In this document: one piece after another, positions 1 through 8,873 of the stretch
How positions within the stretch are numbered: the first letter of the stretch is position 1
Layout of the letters: every line of letters starts with the position of its first letter
DNA from: a virus
Taxonomy: Duplodnaviria > Caudoviricetes
Strand: one strand, 5' to 3'
DNA length: 36,004 nt
IMG/VR virus record: IMGVR_UViG_3300024042_000003
Span: 1 to 36,004 of that record
Program-made: the position numbers and the translations under genes
The notes under the pieces: generated by a model
The model's input: only the letters and a program-made list of their open reading frames with translations
What the model was told of the DNA's origin: nothing
The model's database searches: none

Positions 1-48
1 GGTGGTGGCGCAAACCGGGACGGCTACCGGGGCGGTGGGCGCTACTGA
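1..48 (+). CDS. 3' end of a Gly-rich host protein (possibly an RRM/RNP-1 RNA-binding protein tail), partial
   Basis: Frame 1 reads GGGANRDGYRGGGRY-stop(TGA 46-48). A Gly/Arg/Tyr-rich tail is typical of RRM proteins, but only the tail is visible. Confidence 0.4.
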   Translation, partial: GGGANRDGYRGGGRY

Positions 49-204
49 GGTCGCCCTTGCCCCAAAGCGCAGGAGTGCTTCTGGTGGACCGAATTTGCTG
101 CAAGTGCTTGCCGGCATTGGGACTGTCTGGAAACCGAACGCTTCGCTGAATTCTTGCGCGCGCAGGTTTTAGGGGGCATCGCCCCAGGGCCAAGGCACGG
201 CGCC

Positions 205-245
205 AAAAAGAAAAAGGCCGCACGCTCCTGGAACTGTGCGGCCTT
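205..245 (-). terminator. Rho-independent terminator, probably the original tRNA-Arg terminator displaced by integration
   Basis: Stem AAGGCCGCAC / GTGCGGCCTT with an A-tract on the + strand (U-tract on -), directly beside the degenerate tRNA 3' fragment. Confidence 0.65.
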
Positions 246-246
246 C

Positions 247-269
247 AATGTGGCCCGACAGCTATCAAA
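247..269 (-). mobile_element. Distal att site: degenerate copy of the tRNA-Arg 3' end
   Basis: AATGTGG-CCCGACAG-CTATCAAA here versus AATGGTCCC-CCCGACAG-GAATCGAA at the tRNA 3' end (9304-9328). Shared core CCCGACAG at 254-261. Confidence 0.55.
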
Positions 270-320
270 TTCAGGCTGCTAGCCCGCATGGGATATGGAT
301 TCAGCCATCGCGGTGCCAGA

Positions 321-361
321 ATGTGCCCCCATTTGTGCCCCCAGCCATTTCTGGTGCCCCC
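321..361 (+). repeat. Integrase arm-type binding repeats (TGCCCCC x3)
   Basis: TGCCCCC at 324-330, 336-342 and 355-361. The same motif occurs five times at 9116-9192. Confidence 0.7.
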
Positions 362-1543
362 TTGAAACTCACCGACACGAAGCTACGCACCCTCACCGAG
401 CCCGGTAAACATTCGGATGGGCTGGGCCTCTATCTCGAAGTCACCAAGGCGGGCGGGCGCTACTGGCGCATGAAGTACCGCTTCGCTGGAAAAGAAAAGC
501 GCCTTGCCTTTGGCGTCTATCCCGATGTGAGCCTCAAGAGTGCACGCGAGGCCGCAGGCAGGGCCCGCAAGCTGCTGCAAGACAACCGGGACCCCGGCGA
601 GGTTCGCAAGGAAGAAAAGGCACGGGTTATTCACGAGAGCCGCAACACTCTGGAAGCAGTGGCCCGGGACTGGCTGGCGCACCAATCTGCCCGGTGGGAG
701 CCCATCACCATGGGCCGCATTCAGGCATCGCTTGAAAACGACATATTTCCAGTGCTTGGCTCCCGGCCGATGGCGAACCTCAAAGCGCGCGATGTGATGG
801 AAGCGGTGAAAGCCATAGAAGCCCGTGGCGCGGCCGACCAGGCGGGGCGGGTGCTGCAGCGGATCAAGTCCATATTTCGCTGGGCTATCACCCACGAACG
901 CATCCAGACCAATCCCATGCTTGATCTGGTGCCCTCCGAAATTCTCAAGCCGCGCGCAGTGCAGCACCGCGCTGCACTTTCGGAAAAGGAGTTGCCCGAG
1001 TTCATGCGCAGGCTTGCCAACTACGACGGCGCTCCCAGCATCGTGCTGGGCCTGCGCTTGCTGATGCTCACGGCCTGCAGGCCGGGCGAAGTGCGCGGCG
1101 CATGCTGGGCGGAGTTCGACCTCAAGGCAGCGCTGTGGACCATCCCGCCCGAGCGCATGAAGATGCGCGAGGAACACCGCGTGCCCCTATCCAAGCAAGC
1201 CTTGGAAGTGCTGGCCAAGATCGACGCCATTACCGGCGGCCGCGAGCTGGTGTTTCCCAGTCCCTACTACCCCAGCAAACCGCTGAGCGAGAACACCTTC
1301 AATTCAGCATTGGCCCGCATGGGCTACAAGACCATGGCCACAGCCCATGGCTTCCGCGCCCTGTTTTCGACCGTGGCCAACGAACACGGATGGAACCCCG
1401 ACGTGATTGAGCGGCAGCTGGCCCACAAAGAGCGCAACGAGATACGGGCTGCGTACCACCGCACCACGTACATGGCTGACCGCACGAGGCTGATGCAGTG
1501 GTGGGCCGACTACCTGCAGGCCGCTGGCGCCAGCCAGGGTTGA
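362..1543 (+). CDS. int: P4-family tyrosine integrase (arm-binding N-terminal domain)
   Basis: Likely TTG start at 362: (M)KLTDTKLR..DGLGLYLEV..GGRYWRMKYRFAGKEKRLAFGVYP. Catalytic motifs R(PGEVR), HGFR, LAH and AAY are present. The ORF track start at 236 is probably too early. Confidence 0.95.
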   Translation: MKLTDTKLRTLTEPGKHSDGLGLYLEVTKAGGRYWRMKYRFAGKEKRLAFGVYPDVSLKSAREAAGRARKLLQDNRDPGEVRKEEKARVIHESRNTLEAVARDWLAHQSARWEPITMGRIQASLENDIFPVLGSRPMANLKARDVMEAVKAIEARGAADQAGRVLQRIKSIFRWAITHERIQTNPMLDLVPSEILKPRAVQHRAALSEKELPEFMRRLANYDGAPSIVLGLRLLMLTACRPGEVRGACWAEFDLKAALWTIPPERMKMREEHRVPLSKQALEVLAKIDAITGGRELVFPSPYYPSKPLSENTFNSALARMGYKTMATAHGFRALFSTVANEHGWNPDVIERQLAHKERNEIRAAYHRTTYMADRTRLMQWWADYLQAAGASQG

Positions 1544-1797
1544 ACCACTCCGCCAGGCATTGCGCAGGTGCGCCGTGTAGTGCGTGCAATGCCACCCGCC
1601 GCCCTGTTGCTGACACGGAGCGCAGCGGCCGATGGCATGCCAGCGTGCCCGGTGCGAAAAGCGCACCCTGTCTAGAACGCGCCAGAACGCCCGTACAGCG
1701 AGGCCAGGGTGCCGGGTCGCACCCCATGCGCTGCCGCGCCGCCCGGTGCTGGAGGGCCTGTAGGCGCGCCCTAGGCATACAACCACGCAAACCCGCG

Positions 1798-1836
1798 GCG
1801 CGCCGACGAGACCCCGCCGCGCCCCCCGGCTTCGTG
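1798..1836 (-). other. P2/P4-type cos-like packaging site
   Basis: Minus strand 1823-1805 reads GGCGCGGCGGGGTCTCGTC, against the P2/P4 cohesive end GGCGAGGCGGGGAAAGCAC (11 of the first 12 nt match). It lies in non-coding DNA after int, as in P4. Confidence 0.6.
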
Positions 1837-2016
1837 CGTTGATTTCGTCGGGAGTGCCGCCTGGGCGCACCGCCAAGCCTGATGCGGGCTTGCGGGGCGC
1901 TGCAGGGCTGCTTTTGCTGTCGGGAATTGACGGACTTTTGAGGCGCTGGGCCGGGGGGCGCCGGAGCCTGTGACGTAACGGAAGGAACCTTTTTCAAACT
2001 AGAAATACTTGTGATC

Positions 2017-2069
2017 AACTACCTACAAACCTACCAATGAAGACCAGTTTGTAGGCTTTGTAGGTAGTT
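2017..2069. repeat. Inverted iteron-like repeat (CCTACAAA units), candidate replication-origin element
   Basis: AACTACCTACAAACCTAC (2017-2034) and GTAGGCTTTGTAGGTAGTT (2051-2069) are near-perfect reverse complements in an AT-rich context. Confidence 0.6.
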
Positions 2070-2134
2070 CTTTTCGGGTATCTCAAATTTGAATTGCTAT
2101 GGGCTTCAGCAGAGGGCAGGCTGGTAACTTGGGC

Positions 2135-2295
2135 AAAACACTTGCTCGCGCTTCGACGGTCGGTAAACCCTTCAAAGCCTACAAACCCCACCAAGCAGTA
2201 CAGCTGAGGACCTCAAGAAGACGGGGTACTGTTTTGCACATGCGCGCGTTTTGTCCAAAAATAACCCCACCAAACCCACCAAACCCACCAAGCCA
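2135..2295 (+). repeat. Left copy of a ~160-bp imperfect inverted repeat
   Basis: 2135-2192 is the reverse complement of 8976-9033 at 57/58 nt. A second block GCGCGCGTTT...AAACCCACCAAACCC(T)ACCAAGCCA (2242-2295) mirrors 8874-8928. Confidence 0.9.
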
Positions 2296-2811
2296 AGGCG
2301 GCGCGACGATGTCTGTATGACTGCTTTTATCGTTATCGCAGCTGGCTATGGCCTGCTCGCACTGTCGGAGTTTTGGTTCTCGTTCCGGACCTCTGCGCTA
2401 TTTCTGCCGGCCGCGCATTGGGTTGAGTGTTCCAGGTGGAACTGGACCCGCCGGCTCTAGATGCGACGGAACCGCTGCTCCTAAAAATTCTGAGAATCGA
2501 CAGAAAATCTTGCGAGCGGTTTAAAGCTGACCGCCCTTGAATCAGAGCGTCAGGATTAGTGGATGGTCAGTCGTTGAGGGCGCAGCCTGAAATCCCGGCT
2601 ATTGCGACTGGCGCTCGCTGCTACCGACTAGGAGCGGAAGTTCACGCGACTGAGGTCCATGTCCGCGCAAGGCTGGTTGAAGACGTTCAGTTCTTCTATG
2701 CCAATGCCTGCTGACATCGATAGCAGGCATTGGGTTTGGTGCAGCAAAGGTCAATGCGATGATTGATAGATGCTTGAGCCTTCTACAGAAGGCTGGTCAA
2801 TTCACCTTGCA

Positions 2812-5004
2812 TCAGTTCCTGACGCGCAATTGACTGCGTAGTTCAATGGGGGTCAACACAGGATACCGATTCATGATCGATTGGTAGATGGGCTGGCCCA
2901 GTTCGCTGGCGACTGTGACGATTAGTACGTAGGGTAGGGCAGGTGCATCGTCATTAATCACGGGCAGCCCATCTTGGCGTGCGCCATGCGTTACGTCAAA
3001 GCATGCGTCAAGCAATTGTGACGCCTCAAATCTTTGGGTTGCGTGGAGCATCGTTTCCCACTTGCTTCCATGCTTGCGCAGGTTTTGCTCGTAGTCGGAC
3101 GTTTTGCCAAAAAATGGGTTGGATGACCCATCACTATGGGTGCGGAAGATAGGGGTCAGGCCGTGCTGTGTGTAGTTGACTGGATTGGCGGCTTCTACGG
3201 AGCATGCAAAACAGAAGGTGGCTTTGATGACAATTCCTGTGCCCATGCTCACCAATGGAATAGGTAGTTGCATGCGCATCGTGCGGCCCGCAGGAATGGC
3301 GCCTTGATAAAGAACGCTGACCTGGTTATCTCCATAGGCCAGCAGAGCTTCTGGGTCTTCCGGGAACTGGCCCCAACCTACTTCACTTCGCAGGTCATGT
3401 TGCGCATGAGTTGCGTTGTGCACCATCAATGCTCGCAAGGAGGTCGCTGACAAATCGGTTTTGCTCAGAGCCTTGGCGCCTGCAGTGGCGCGCTGCGCAA
3501 GGGGAGCTGCATAACTAGTGCCATAGCGCTCAGTTACGCCTCCAGCTAAGGGGCTGTAGAGCAGCATTGGATTGGAGGGCGTGCCGCCAAAGCACAATCC
3601 ATCCGGTTTAACGACACCAGGAGAACGTCCCGGGCCGTGGCCGCTAAAAGAAGCTCTTGCAACAAGGAGCATGTCCCGAGAACTTGCGGCACCGACTGTT
3701 AATGCATTAATAGCATCCCCTGGCACTTGAATGCGTCCAAGCTCCTCCCCCAGCTCCCCATCATTCCCGGTGGCAACGGTCATCAGCGTCTTGCCAGATG
3801 CGAGGTGTTTGTCCAGCATCGCGGTCCAGGCGTGTGGATGATTGTCGTCCATAGCCATTTTTGGGCCAAAGGCTAAGTTGGCGCAATCAATCTCGTTGTT
3901 ACTAAGGATGACATCAATCCTATGCAGGCAGTCGTATAAGTCGAAATCTCCATTGTCTGCACTTCCAATCACTCGGAAATGGGTCACATTAAAAAATGGG
4001 CGCGGCAGTTGCGTTACCCCATGATCTAATGCGCCGAACAGAAGCACTGAGGTAACTTCCGCACCGTGAGTGAGAAAGCCAGCCTCTGTCTTTTGTAGGA
4101 CGTCAGGGACCACTTCTCTCGCCCATTTGGAAAAATCGGTAATTTCCAATCCTCCATCGAATACTGCTACTTTTAAATCTTGATTGATTGCGTCTTCTTT
4201 GGGCAGGGCGGGCTGCGTGGTGGTCAGCAGTTCCTTTAATTGTGGGCGATGCATCCGCAATTCAGGCAGGCGGCGTACAGCTCGAAGTGCCGTAAACGCT
4301 GCAAAATCTTCCAAGTTTTCGCGGGAGGCGACGCCGGGCATAAAGATCAATCCAGATGCTTCATACAACTTACTGCGGGCAACGGTGGTGCCACAAGCTT
4401 TAGCATGCCGGTCCAGTGCATCAAGTAGTTCTTCTCTGGCCATGTCTTTGGAGTGCACCAAAATTTCAATAGGGACCCGAGTATCTTGTCCTTCTGTCTT
4501 GATTAGTCGCTCATGAGATGCCAGAAAACGAATTGCCTCGATCTTGCAAAGATCATGTTTTTCGTACTTGTGGCTTTTCTCCGACAGCAGTATTTCAAGC
4601 AAGCGATTGAAAGCAGCTTGGCTACCGGCGACATAAAGTTCAGCAGTAAATTGCTCGCCTGTGGGAATGTTTTTGCGCTTTTCCTTGCGTGGATGAATAA
4701 GGGCTGATTTACTGCCCGATACTTTGAGTCCTGCGCTAGCCAAGACCTTGTTCGGCATCTTCCACTTTGAAAGATAGGCCGGGTGAATGGTGATTACTAC
4801 AGTTGCTTCACCCGATGGTTTCGCGCTTTCAGGAAGCTTGTCAATCTGCTCGGCAATGTCACGTAAAGCAGGAGATAAAAATTGCCGAGCTTCCTCGATC
4901 GTGTAAGGGAGGGGTGATTTGTCACTTCCTCCGACTACATCTTCTTTGGGAAGTAGATTGGTTAGTTCCTTGCCATTGCCAATGAGCAGATTAGTCTTAG
5001 CCAT
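2812..5004 (-). CDS. ietS: S8 (subtilisin-family) serine protease, IetS-like
   Basis: Catalytic motifs VAVFDGG (Asp), HGAEV (His), ATGNDG (oxyanion Asn) and GTSYAAP (Ser). No signal peptide. It overlaps the upstream AAA ATPase by 8 nt and has an AAGGAGG RBS. Confidence 0.85.
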   Translation of the reverse strand: MAKTNLLIGNGKELTNLLPKEDVVGGSDKSPLPYTIEEARQFLSPALRDIAEQIDKLPESAKPSGEATVVITIHPAYLSKWKMPNKVLASAGLKVSGSKSALIHPRKEKRKNIPTGEQFTAELYVAGSQAAFNRLLEILLSEKSHKYEKHDLCKIEAIRFLASHERLIKTEGQDTRVPIEILVHSKDMAREELLDALDRHAKACGTTVARSKLYEASGLIFMPGVASRENLEDFAAFTALRAVRRLPELRMHRPQLKELLTTTQPALPKEDAINQDLKVAVFDGGLEITDFSKWAREVVPDVLQKTEAGFLTHGAEVTSVLLFGALDHGVTQLPRPFFNVTHFRVIGSADNGDFDLYDCLHRIDVILSNNEIDCANLAFGPKMAMDDNHPHAWTAMLDKHLASGKTLMTVATGNDGELGEELGRIQVPGDAINALTVGAASSRDMLLVARASFSGHGPGRSPGVVKPDGLCFGGTPSNPMLLYSPLAGGVTERYGTSYAAPLAQRATAGAKALSKTDLSATSLRALMVHNATHAQHDLRSEVGWGQFPEDPEALLAYGDNQVSVLYQGAIPAGRTMRMQLPIPLVSMGTGIVIKATFCFACSVEAANPVNYTQHGLTPIFRTHSDGSSNPFFGKTSDYEQNLRKHGSKWETMLHATQRFEASQLLDACFDVTHGARQDGLPVINDDAPALPYVLIVTVASELGQPIYQSIMNRYPVLTPIELRSQLRVRN

Positions 5005-6109
5005 TTAAACCCTCCTTGATCTTTTCGATCGAACGTTTAACTGTTGTATGAGAAACATTGAGCTCATTGGCTATCTCTCTCAGGGTAAAGCCTTGTTTGC
5101 GTTTAATGAATGTTTCTAAATCTCTCTGGTCACGCCTTTGCTTGGCTGAAATTTCTTGCCTTTCCAGGTGTCGCAACAACATATCGCACAGCTCGTAGTC
5201 AAAATCAGTGTTGTTGAGCAAAGCGCTTTTGTGCGCAGAGTTAAGAGTTCGGTTGATGGTGGCTAAGGTTTGTCCTTCGCCTTGCTCCGCAATCACTTGG
5301 GCGAGCTCAGGGTCTACGCCACCAGCTACCAGCATGGCTGCGCGCTGTGCATGGTTTGGTAGGTCAAATTGCAAAGTCAAGTCAAATCGGCGCCAAACAG
5401 CGGGATCAAGTAAATCACTGTGATTTGTCGCAGCAACCAGCAGGGATGTGGGCTGCCAGTCATCAATTGTTTGCAAGATCACTGTTACTAAGCGCTTAAG
5501 TTCGCCGACATCGCTCTCGTCGTCGCGGCGCTTGGCGATCGCATCGAACTCGTCAAGAAGCAGTACACAGGGCTGCTCTTGAGCATGCGACAGCACAGCG
5601 CGCACATTGGCGCCGGTCTTGCCCAGATAGCTGCTCATCACGCTGGCAAGGTCCAGCGTCAGCAGCGGCACGCCCAGCTTGTATGCCAACCAGCCCGCAG
5701 TCATCGTTTTGCCAACACCGGGTGGGCCGCTTAGCAGCACGGACTTCGCGGGTGCGAAGCCTGCCGCCAGTAAGCGGTCAGCAGATAGATGCTCGCGGAG
5801 CAATTGATCTACTTGCTCCTTGAGTTTTTCTGAAAGCATGGGCTCTGTACGCAGCATGTCTGCAGGGTCTGTGCGAACCAGGGGGAGCTTTGAGTCAGCG
5901 TCAACTGGGGTGGCAGCCTGAGGCTGAACACGACGCAAGGCGTGCTGCGCATTACCTGCAACTAGGGGGGCAATGGCATTGGCGAGAGATTCATCAGTAG
6001 GGCGCACTAGGCTGGCGAAACGGCGGGCGCGCATTTCAAGTGCGGCGCCGCCTACCTTGATGGCGTCTTGCAGAAGCTTCAGTAGCTCTTCTTGGGCTTT
6101 GGGATTCAC
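4997..6109 (-). CDS. ietA: AAA+ ATPase, IetA-like, with a C-terminal HTH
   Basis: Walker A GPPGVGKT, Walker B LLLDEFD, SRH AATN..LDPAVWRRFD. The GTG start at 6109 has an AAGGA RBS (the ORF track extends it to 6214). The C-terminus GFTLREIANELNVSHTTVKR is HTH-like. Confidence 0.85.
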   Translation of the reverse strand: MNPKAQEELLKLLQDAIKVGGAALEMRARRFASLVRPTDESLANAIAPLVAGNAQHALRRVQPQAATPVDADSKLPLVRTDPADMLRTEPMLSEKLKEQVDQLLREHLSADRLLAAGFAPAKSVLLSGPPGVGKTMTAGWLAYKLGVPLLTLDLASVMSSYLGKTGANVRAVLSHAQEQPCVLLLDEFDAIAKRRDDESDVGELKRLVTVILQTIDDWQPTSLLVAATNHSDLLDPAVWRRFDLTLQFDLPNHAQRAAMLVAGGVDPELAQVIAEQGEGQTLATINRTLNSAHKSALLNNTDFDYELCDMLLRHLERQEISAKQRRDQRDLETFIKRKQGFTLREIANELNVSHTTVKRSIEKIKEGLNG

Positions 6110-6518
6110 GTTCTTCCTTGCGGCACTAAGGCCAATCTTGGAACGGATTCTATCTGTATTTTTTTGAAAATGTTCCAAATGGGCGAAGTTTGTCCGAAAA
6201 CCAATGTAAGTCATTGATTTGATTTGGTGTTTTCATGGATGTTTTGGAACATTTATGGTTTGATTGGTCTTTTTTGAGGGATTTTTTGTTCCAAGTATCT
6301 GAATCGACCAGCGCTCCCTTGATAGCTTGAAGCTTCAAGATGCCTGCCTAGGCCGTCCTCGCGCCTCCAGAAAGTACTCCTTGGCCCGTGCGATCCGTTC
6401 CTCCCTCTCTTGAGTTTTTGAACTGCCCCGCGCCACGCGGAGCCACGGCGCGCCCGTCGTTTTTGCGTCCACTTTCCCCACCTCTAACTGTGTAGAGCGC
6501 AGCCACAGCATAGGTTTC

Positions 6519-7196
6519 TTGGCTTTCAGCTGTCCCCACAAGACCATAGGGACATGCACGAATCCGCAGTTCGGCCAGGCCAAGGCCGCGCGGGATGCAC
6601 TGGCCGCCAAGATCGAGGCGGCTGAAAGAGAGGCCGTCGCGGCCGATGAGGGGTTTCAGGCGGCGTTCTCGGCTGCGGGATTTGAGCGCGACGACGCCAC
6701 GCGGGCGGCGCTCAATCGCAAGAACGACGCGCAGGCCATGGCAGAGGCGATGCGTGCGGCGCTGGCCAAAGGATCCAGGGAGCTGCAGGCGCTGGCGGCC
6801 GATGCCAGCGTGCAGGCGCGCGACTATGCGGCCGCGTATGAGCGCGCTTACATCGCGCACGCGCAGGCCGAGGGCTACCGGGCGCTGCAGGAAGGCGGCG
6901 AGCAGCTGGCGCGGGCCATGGCGCTGGCTGCGCATGCGCCGCGAAGGGACAGCCTGCAGGAGGATGCGCTGGGCCGGCCGGCCAGCTCGCCAGCCATGCG
7001 CGCTGAAATAGCGGCTGCGCGCTGGGCGTTCATTCTCGATGGGCTCAAGGCGATGGCCGAGGGGATGCCGGAGTTCAATGCGCGGCCGCAGGTGCAGGCC
7101 CTGGGGGTGTTCGACCTGGGGGCGCTGACGGCGCAGGACGTGCTGACGCCAACGCAAATCCACCTGCTGCGCAAGACGGGGAAGGTGACGCTTTAG
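6519..7196 (+). CDS. sid: P4 Sid-like capsid size-determination protein (probably 5'-truncated)
   Basis: Helical protein. IEAAERE..FQAAFSAAG..D, Y..A.....A..E...AL.E..E.L.RAM.L and a late TPTQ align by eye with P4 Sid as recalled (IERAEQE..WRTAFRAAG, LVRAMHL, TPAQ). No good ATG/RBS start. Confidence 0.55.
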   Translation: MAFSCPHKTIGTCTNPQFGQAKAARDALAAKIEAAEREAVAADEGFQAAFSAAGFERDDATRAALNRKNDAQAMAEAMRAALAKGSRELQALAADASVQARDYAAAYERAYIAHAQAEGYRALQEGGEQLARAMALAAHAPRRDSLQEDALGRPASSPAMRAEIAAARWAFILDGLKAMAEGMPEFNARPQVQALGVFDLGALTAQDVLTPTQIHLLRKTGKVTL

Positions 7197-7213
7197 GGCA
7201 GAGACGCCAGATG

Positions 7214-7246
7214 GCGCGGAGCGGCTGGGCTGCTTCGCGCTTTTTT
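7214..7246 (+). terminator. Rho-independent terminator after the sid-like gene
   Basis: GCGCGGAGCGGC-TGG-GCTGCTTCGCGC followed by TTTTTT. Confidence 0.65.
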
Positions 7247-7306
7247 GCTTGCAGCGCGGCATGCAGCGGCGTGCCTCAGTGTTTGCTTCCTCACCCTTGG
7301 CGGGAG

Positions 7307-7585
7307 CTATTCGGCAGTTTGGGCGATGGATAGGCTCGATGCGGCTGCTTCGCGTTTTGCTTTGTTCTCACGGCGCTTCGCGGCGCGTGTAGACACAGGA
7401 AGATTTACATCCGGGTTTGGAACCTTTGGAGGCCGCAGAACGCGGAGAATCGTGCCACTGACTACGAACGTGCAGCCGCAATAGGGGTTGGAGCAGCAAT
7501 AGATGTACTCCCAAACAAAGCGGCCTACCTGTGCACATGAGTGAAATTTAGTTTTCGATTTGCACATGGGGCAGGGCATTTTCAT
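7307..7585 (-). CDS. ogr: Ogr/Delta-like zinc-finger transcriptional activator
   Basis: MKMPCPMC...YCCSNPYCGCTFV matches the CPxC..C.N..CG.TF pattern of P2 Ogr/P4 Delta. The ATG overlaps the integrase stop (ATGA). Confidence 0.85.
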   Translation of the reverse strand: MKMPCPMCKSKTKFHSCAQVGRFVWEYIYCCSNPYCGCTFVVSGTILRVLRPPKVPNPDVNLPVSTRAAKRRENKAKREAAASSLSIAQTAE

Positions 7586-8799
7586 GGTGTCACCTCGTCC
7601 TGCGGTTCGTCCCTCGAGACAACATAGTCCGCCCAGTCCCGCATGATGGCCCCCCGATTTTCCAGCATGTCCCCGCGTCGGTAGGCAGCTTCCGTGCGGG
7701 TGTCTATCGCATGGGCTAGGCACAGCTCCACCGCATCGCGCGCGTGGTGCGTCATCTCCCCGGCCCAGTCCCTGAACGTTGACCGAAAGCCGTGGGGCAC
7801 CGCTGCCATTCCCTGCCGTCGCATCAGGGCCGTGAGGGCCATATCAGACAGCGGGCCTTTGCGATTGGACGGGAACACATGCTCGACCGAGGGGATGCGC
7901 GGCTGTCCCTTGAGTAGTTCCAGCGCCTGGCGCGACAGTGGCACGCGGTGTTCCCTGTTGGACTTCATCCGTTCGGCGGGCACCGTCCACAGACCGGCCT
8001 CTAGATCGACCTCGCTCCAGACCATCCCGCGCACCTCGCCCGAGCGTGCGGCCGTGAGGATGAGAAAGCGCAGCGCGCGGGCGCTTTGTCCGTCCATGGC
8101 CAGCAGCCGCTGGTAGGTGTCGGGCAGCATGGCCACGGGCACGGCCGCGTGGTGTTTGACCGGCGCCAGCTTGTTCGGGTCCGCCAGGATGTGTTCGAGC
8201 TGGCTGCGCCAGCGGGCTGGGTTTGGGCCGGTTCGGTGGCCATGGGCCGTGGCCCAGTCCAACACCTGTTCGATGCGGCCACGCAGCCGGGAGGTGGTTT
8301 CTGTCTTGGTCTTCCAGATGGGGGCCAGTGCCTGCAGCACGTGGGCCTGTCCAATATCCGCCACCTGCAGGTGCCCGATGTGGGGAAATGCATAGGTGGC
8401 CAGGGTGCTGCGCCATTGCTGCGCATGCTTGAGGCTGCGCCATGTTCCTTCGTGTTCGGTAATGAACGCTTCGGCCGCGTCGTCAAAGCGCACCTGCCGC
8501 GCCATGGCCTGCCGGGCCGTTTCGCGCTGGGCCTGCCGGGCCTGCAGCGGGTCAACCCCACCAAGGCGTAGTTTGAGCGCGTTGCGGGCGGCTTCGCGCG
8601 CTTCAGCCAGGCCGACCAGTGGATAGCTACCTAGGCCCATGCGGCGGCGGTGGCCGCCGTGCATGTAGCGGAAAACCCAGGCGCGCGAGCCGCCTTCGAT
8701 CTTGAGATACAGACCGGACACGCCGCCAACTGCGTAGGAGCCGTCACTGCGCAGGCGGGAGACTTCCAGAGAGGTTTTTTCGAGGATTCGTTTGGGCAT
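7582..8799 (-). CDS. int: Second P4-family tyrosine integrase
   Basis: AVGGVSGLYL..RAWVFRY..RRMGLGSYP N-terminal arm domain. Catalytic motifs ARSGEVR, HGFRSTFRDW, LAH and AAY are present. Confidence 0.95.
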   Translation of the reverse strand: MPKRILEKTSLEVSRLRSDGSYAVGGVSGLYLKIEGGSRAWVFRYMHGGHRRRMGLGSYPLVGLAEAREAARNALKLRLGGVDPLQARQAQRETARQAMARQVRFDDAAEAFITEHEGTWRSLKHAQQWRSTLATYAFPHIGHLQVADIGQAHVLQALAPIWKTKTETTSRLRGRIEQVLDWATAHGHRTGPNPARWRSQLEHILADPNKLAPVKHHAAVPVAMLPDTYQRLLAMDGQSARALRFLILTAARSGEVRGMVWSEVDLEAGLWTVPAERMKSNREHRVPLSRQALELLKGQPRIPSVEHVFPSNRKGPLSDMALTALMRRQGMAAVPHGFRSTFRDWAGEMTHHARDAVELCLAHAIDTRTEAAYRRGDMLENRGAIMRDWADYVVSRDEPQDEVTP

Positions 8800-8834
8800 G
8801 GATACCGTGCAGCCCGCTGGCTATAGCCAGAAAA

Positions 8835-8850
8835 CTGTGATTAAACACAG
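8835..8850. promoter_or_regulatory. LexA (SOS) box upstream of int2-ogr
   Basis: aaCTGT-GATTAAAC-ACAGta is a CTGT-N8-ACAG box about 35 bp upstream of the int2 start codon. Confidence 0.75.
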
Positions 8851-8873
8851 TATCAGTGTGCCATCCGGCCGGG

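Noticed and set aside
236-361. N-terminal extension of integrase 1 in the ORF track
   Set aside because: It runs through the att core and arm repeats. Family similarity starts at KLTD (362).
1299-2460. ORFs at 1299-2018, 1498-1842, 2099-2320 and 2251-2460
   Set aside because: They have low-complexity translations without RBS or motifs and overlap cos and repeat DNA.
6425-6480. Second cos-like GC stretch (CCCCGCGCCACGC) upstream of the sid-like gene
   Set aside because: It lacks the contiguous CCCCGCCNCGCC pattern, so the match is too weak.
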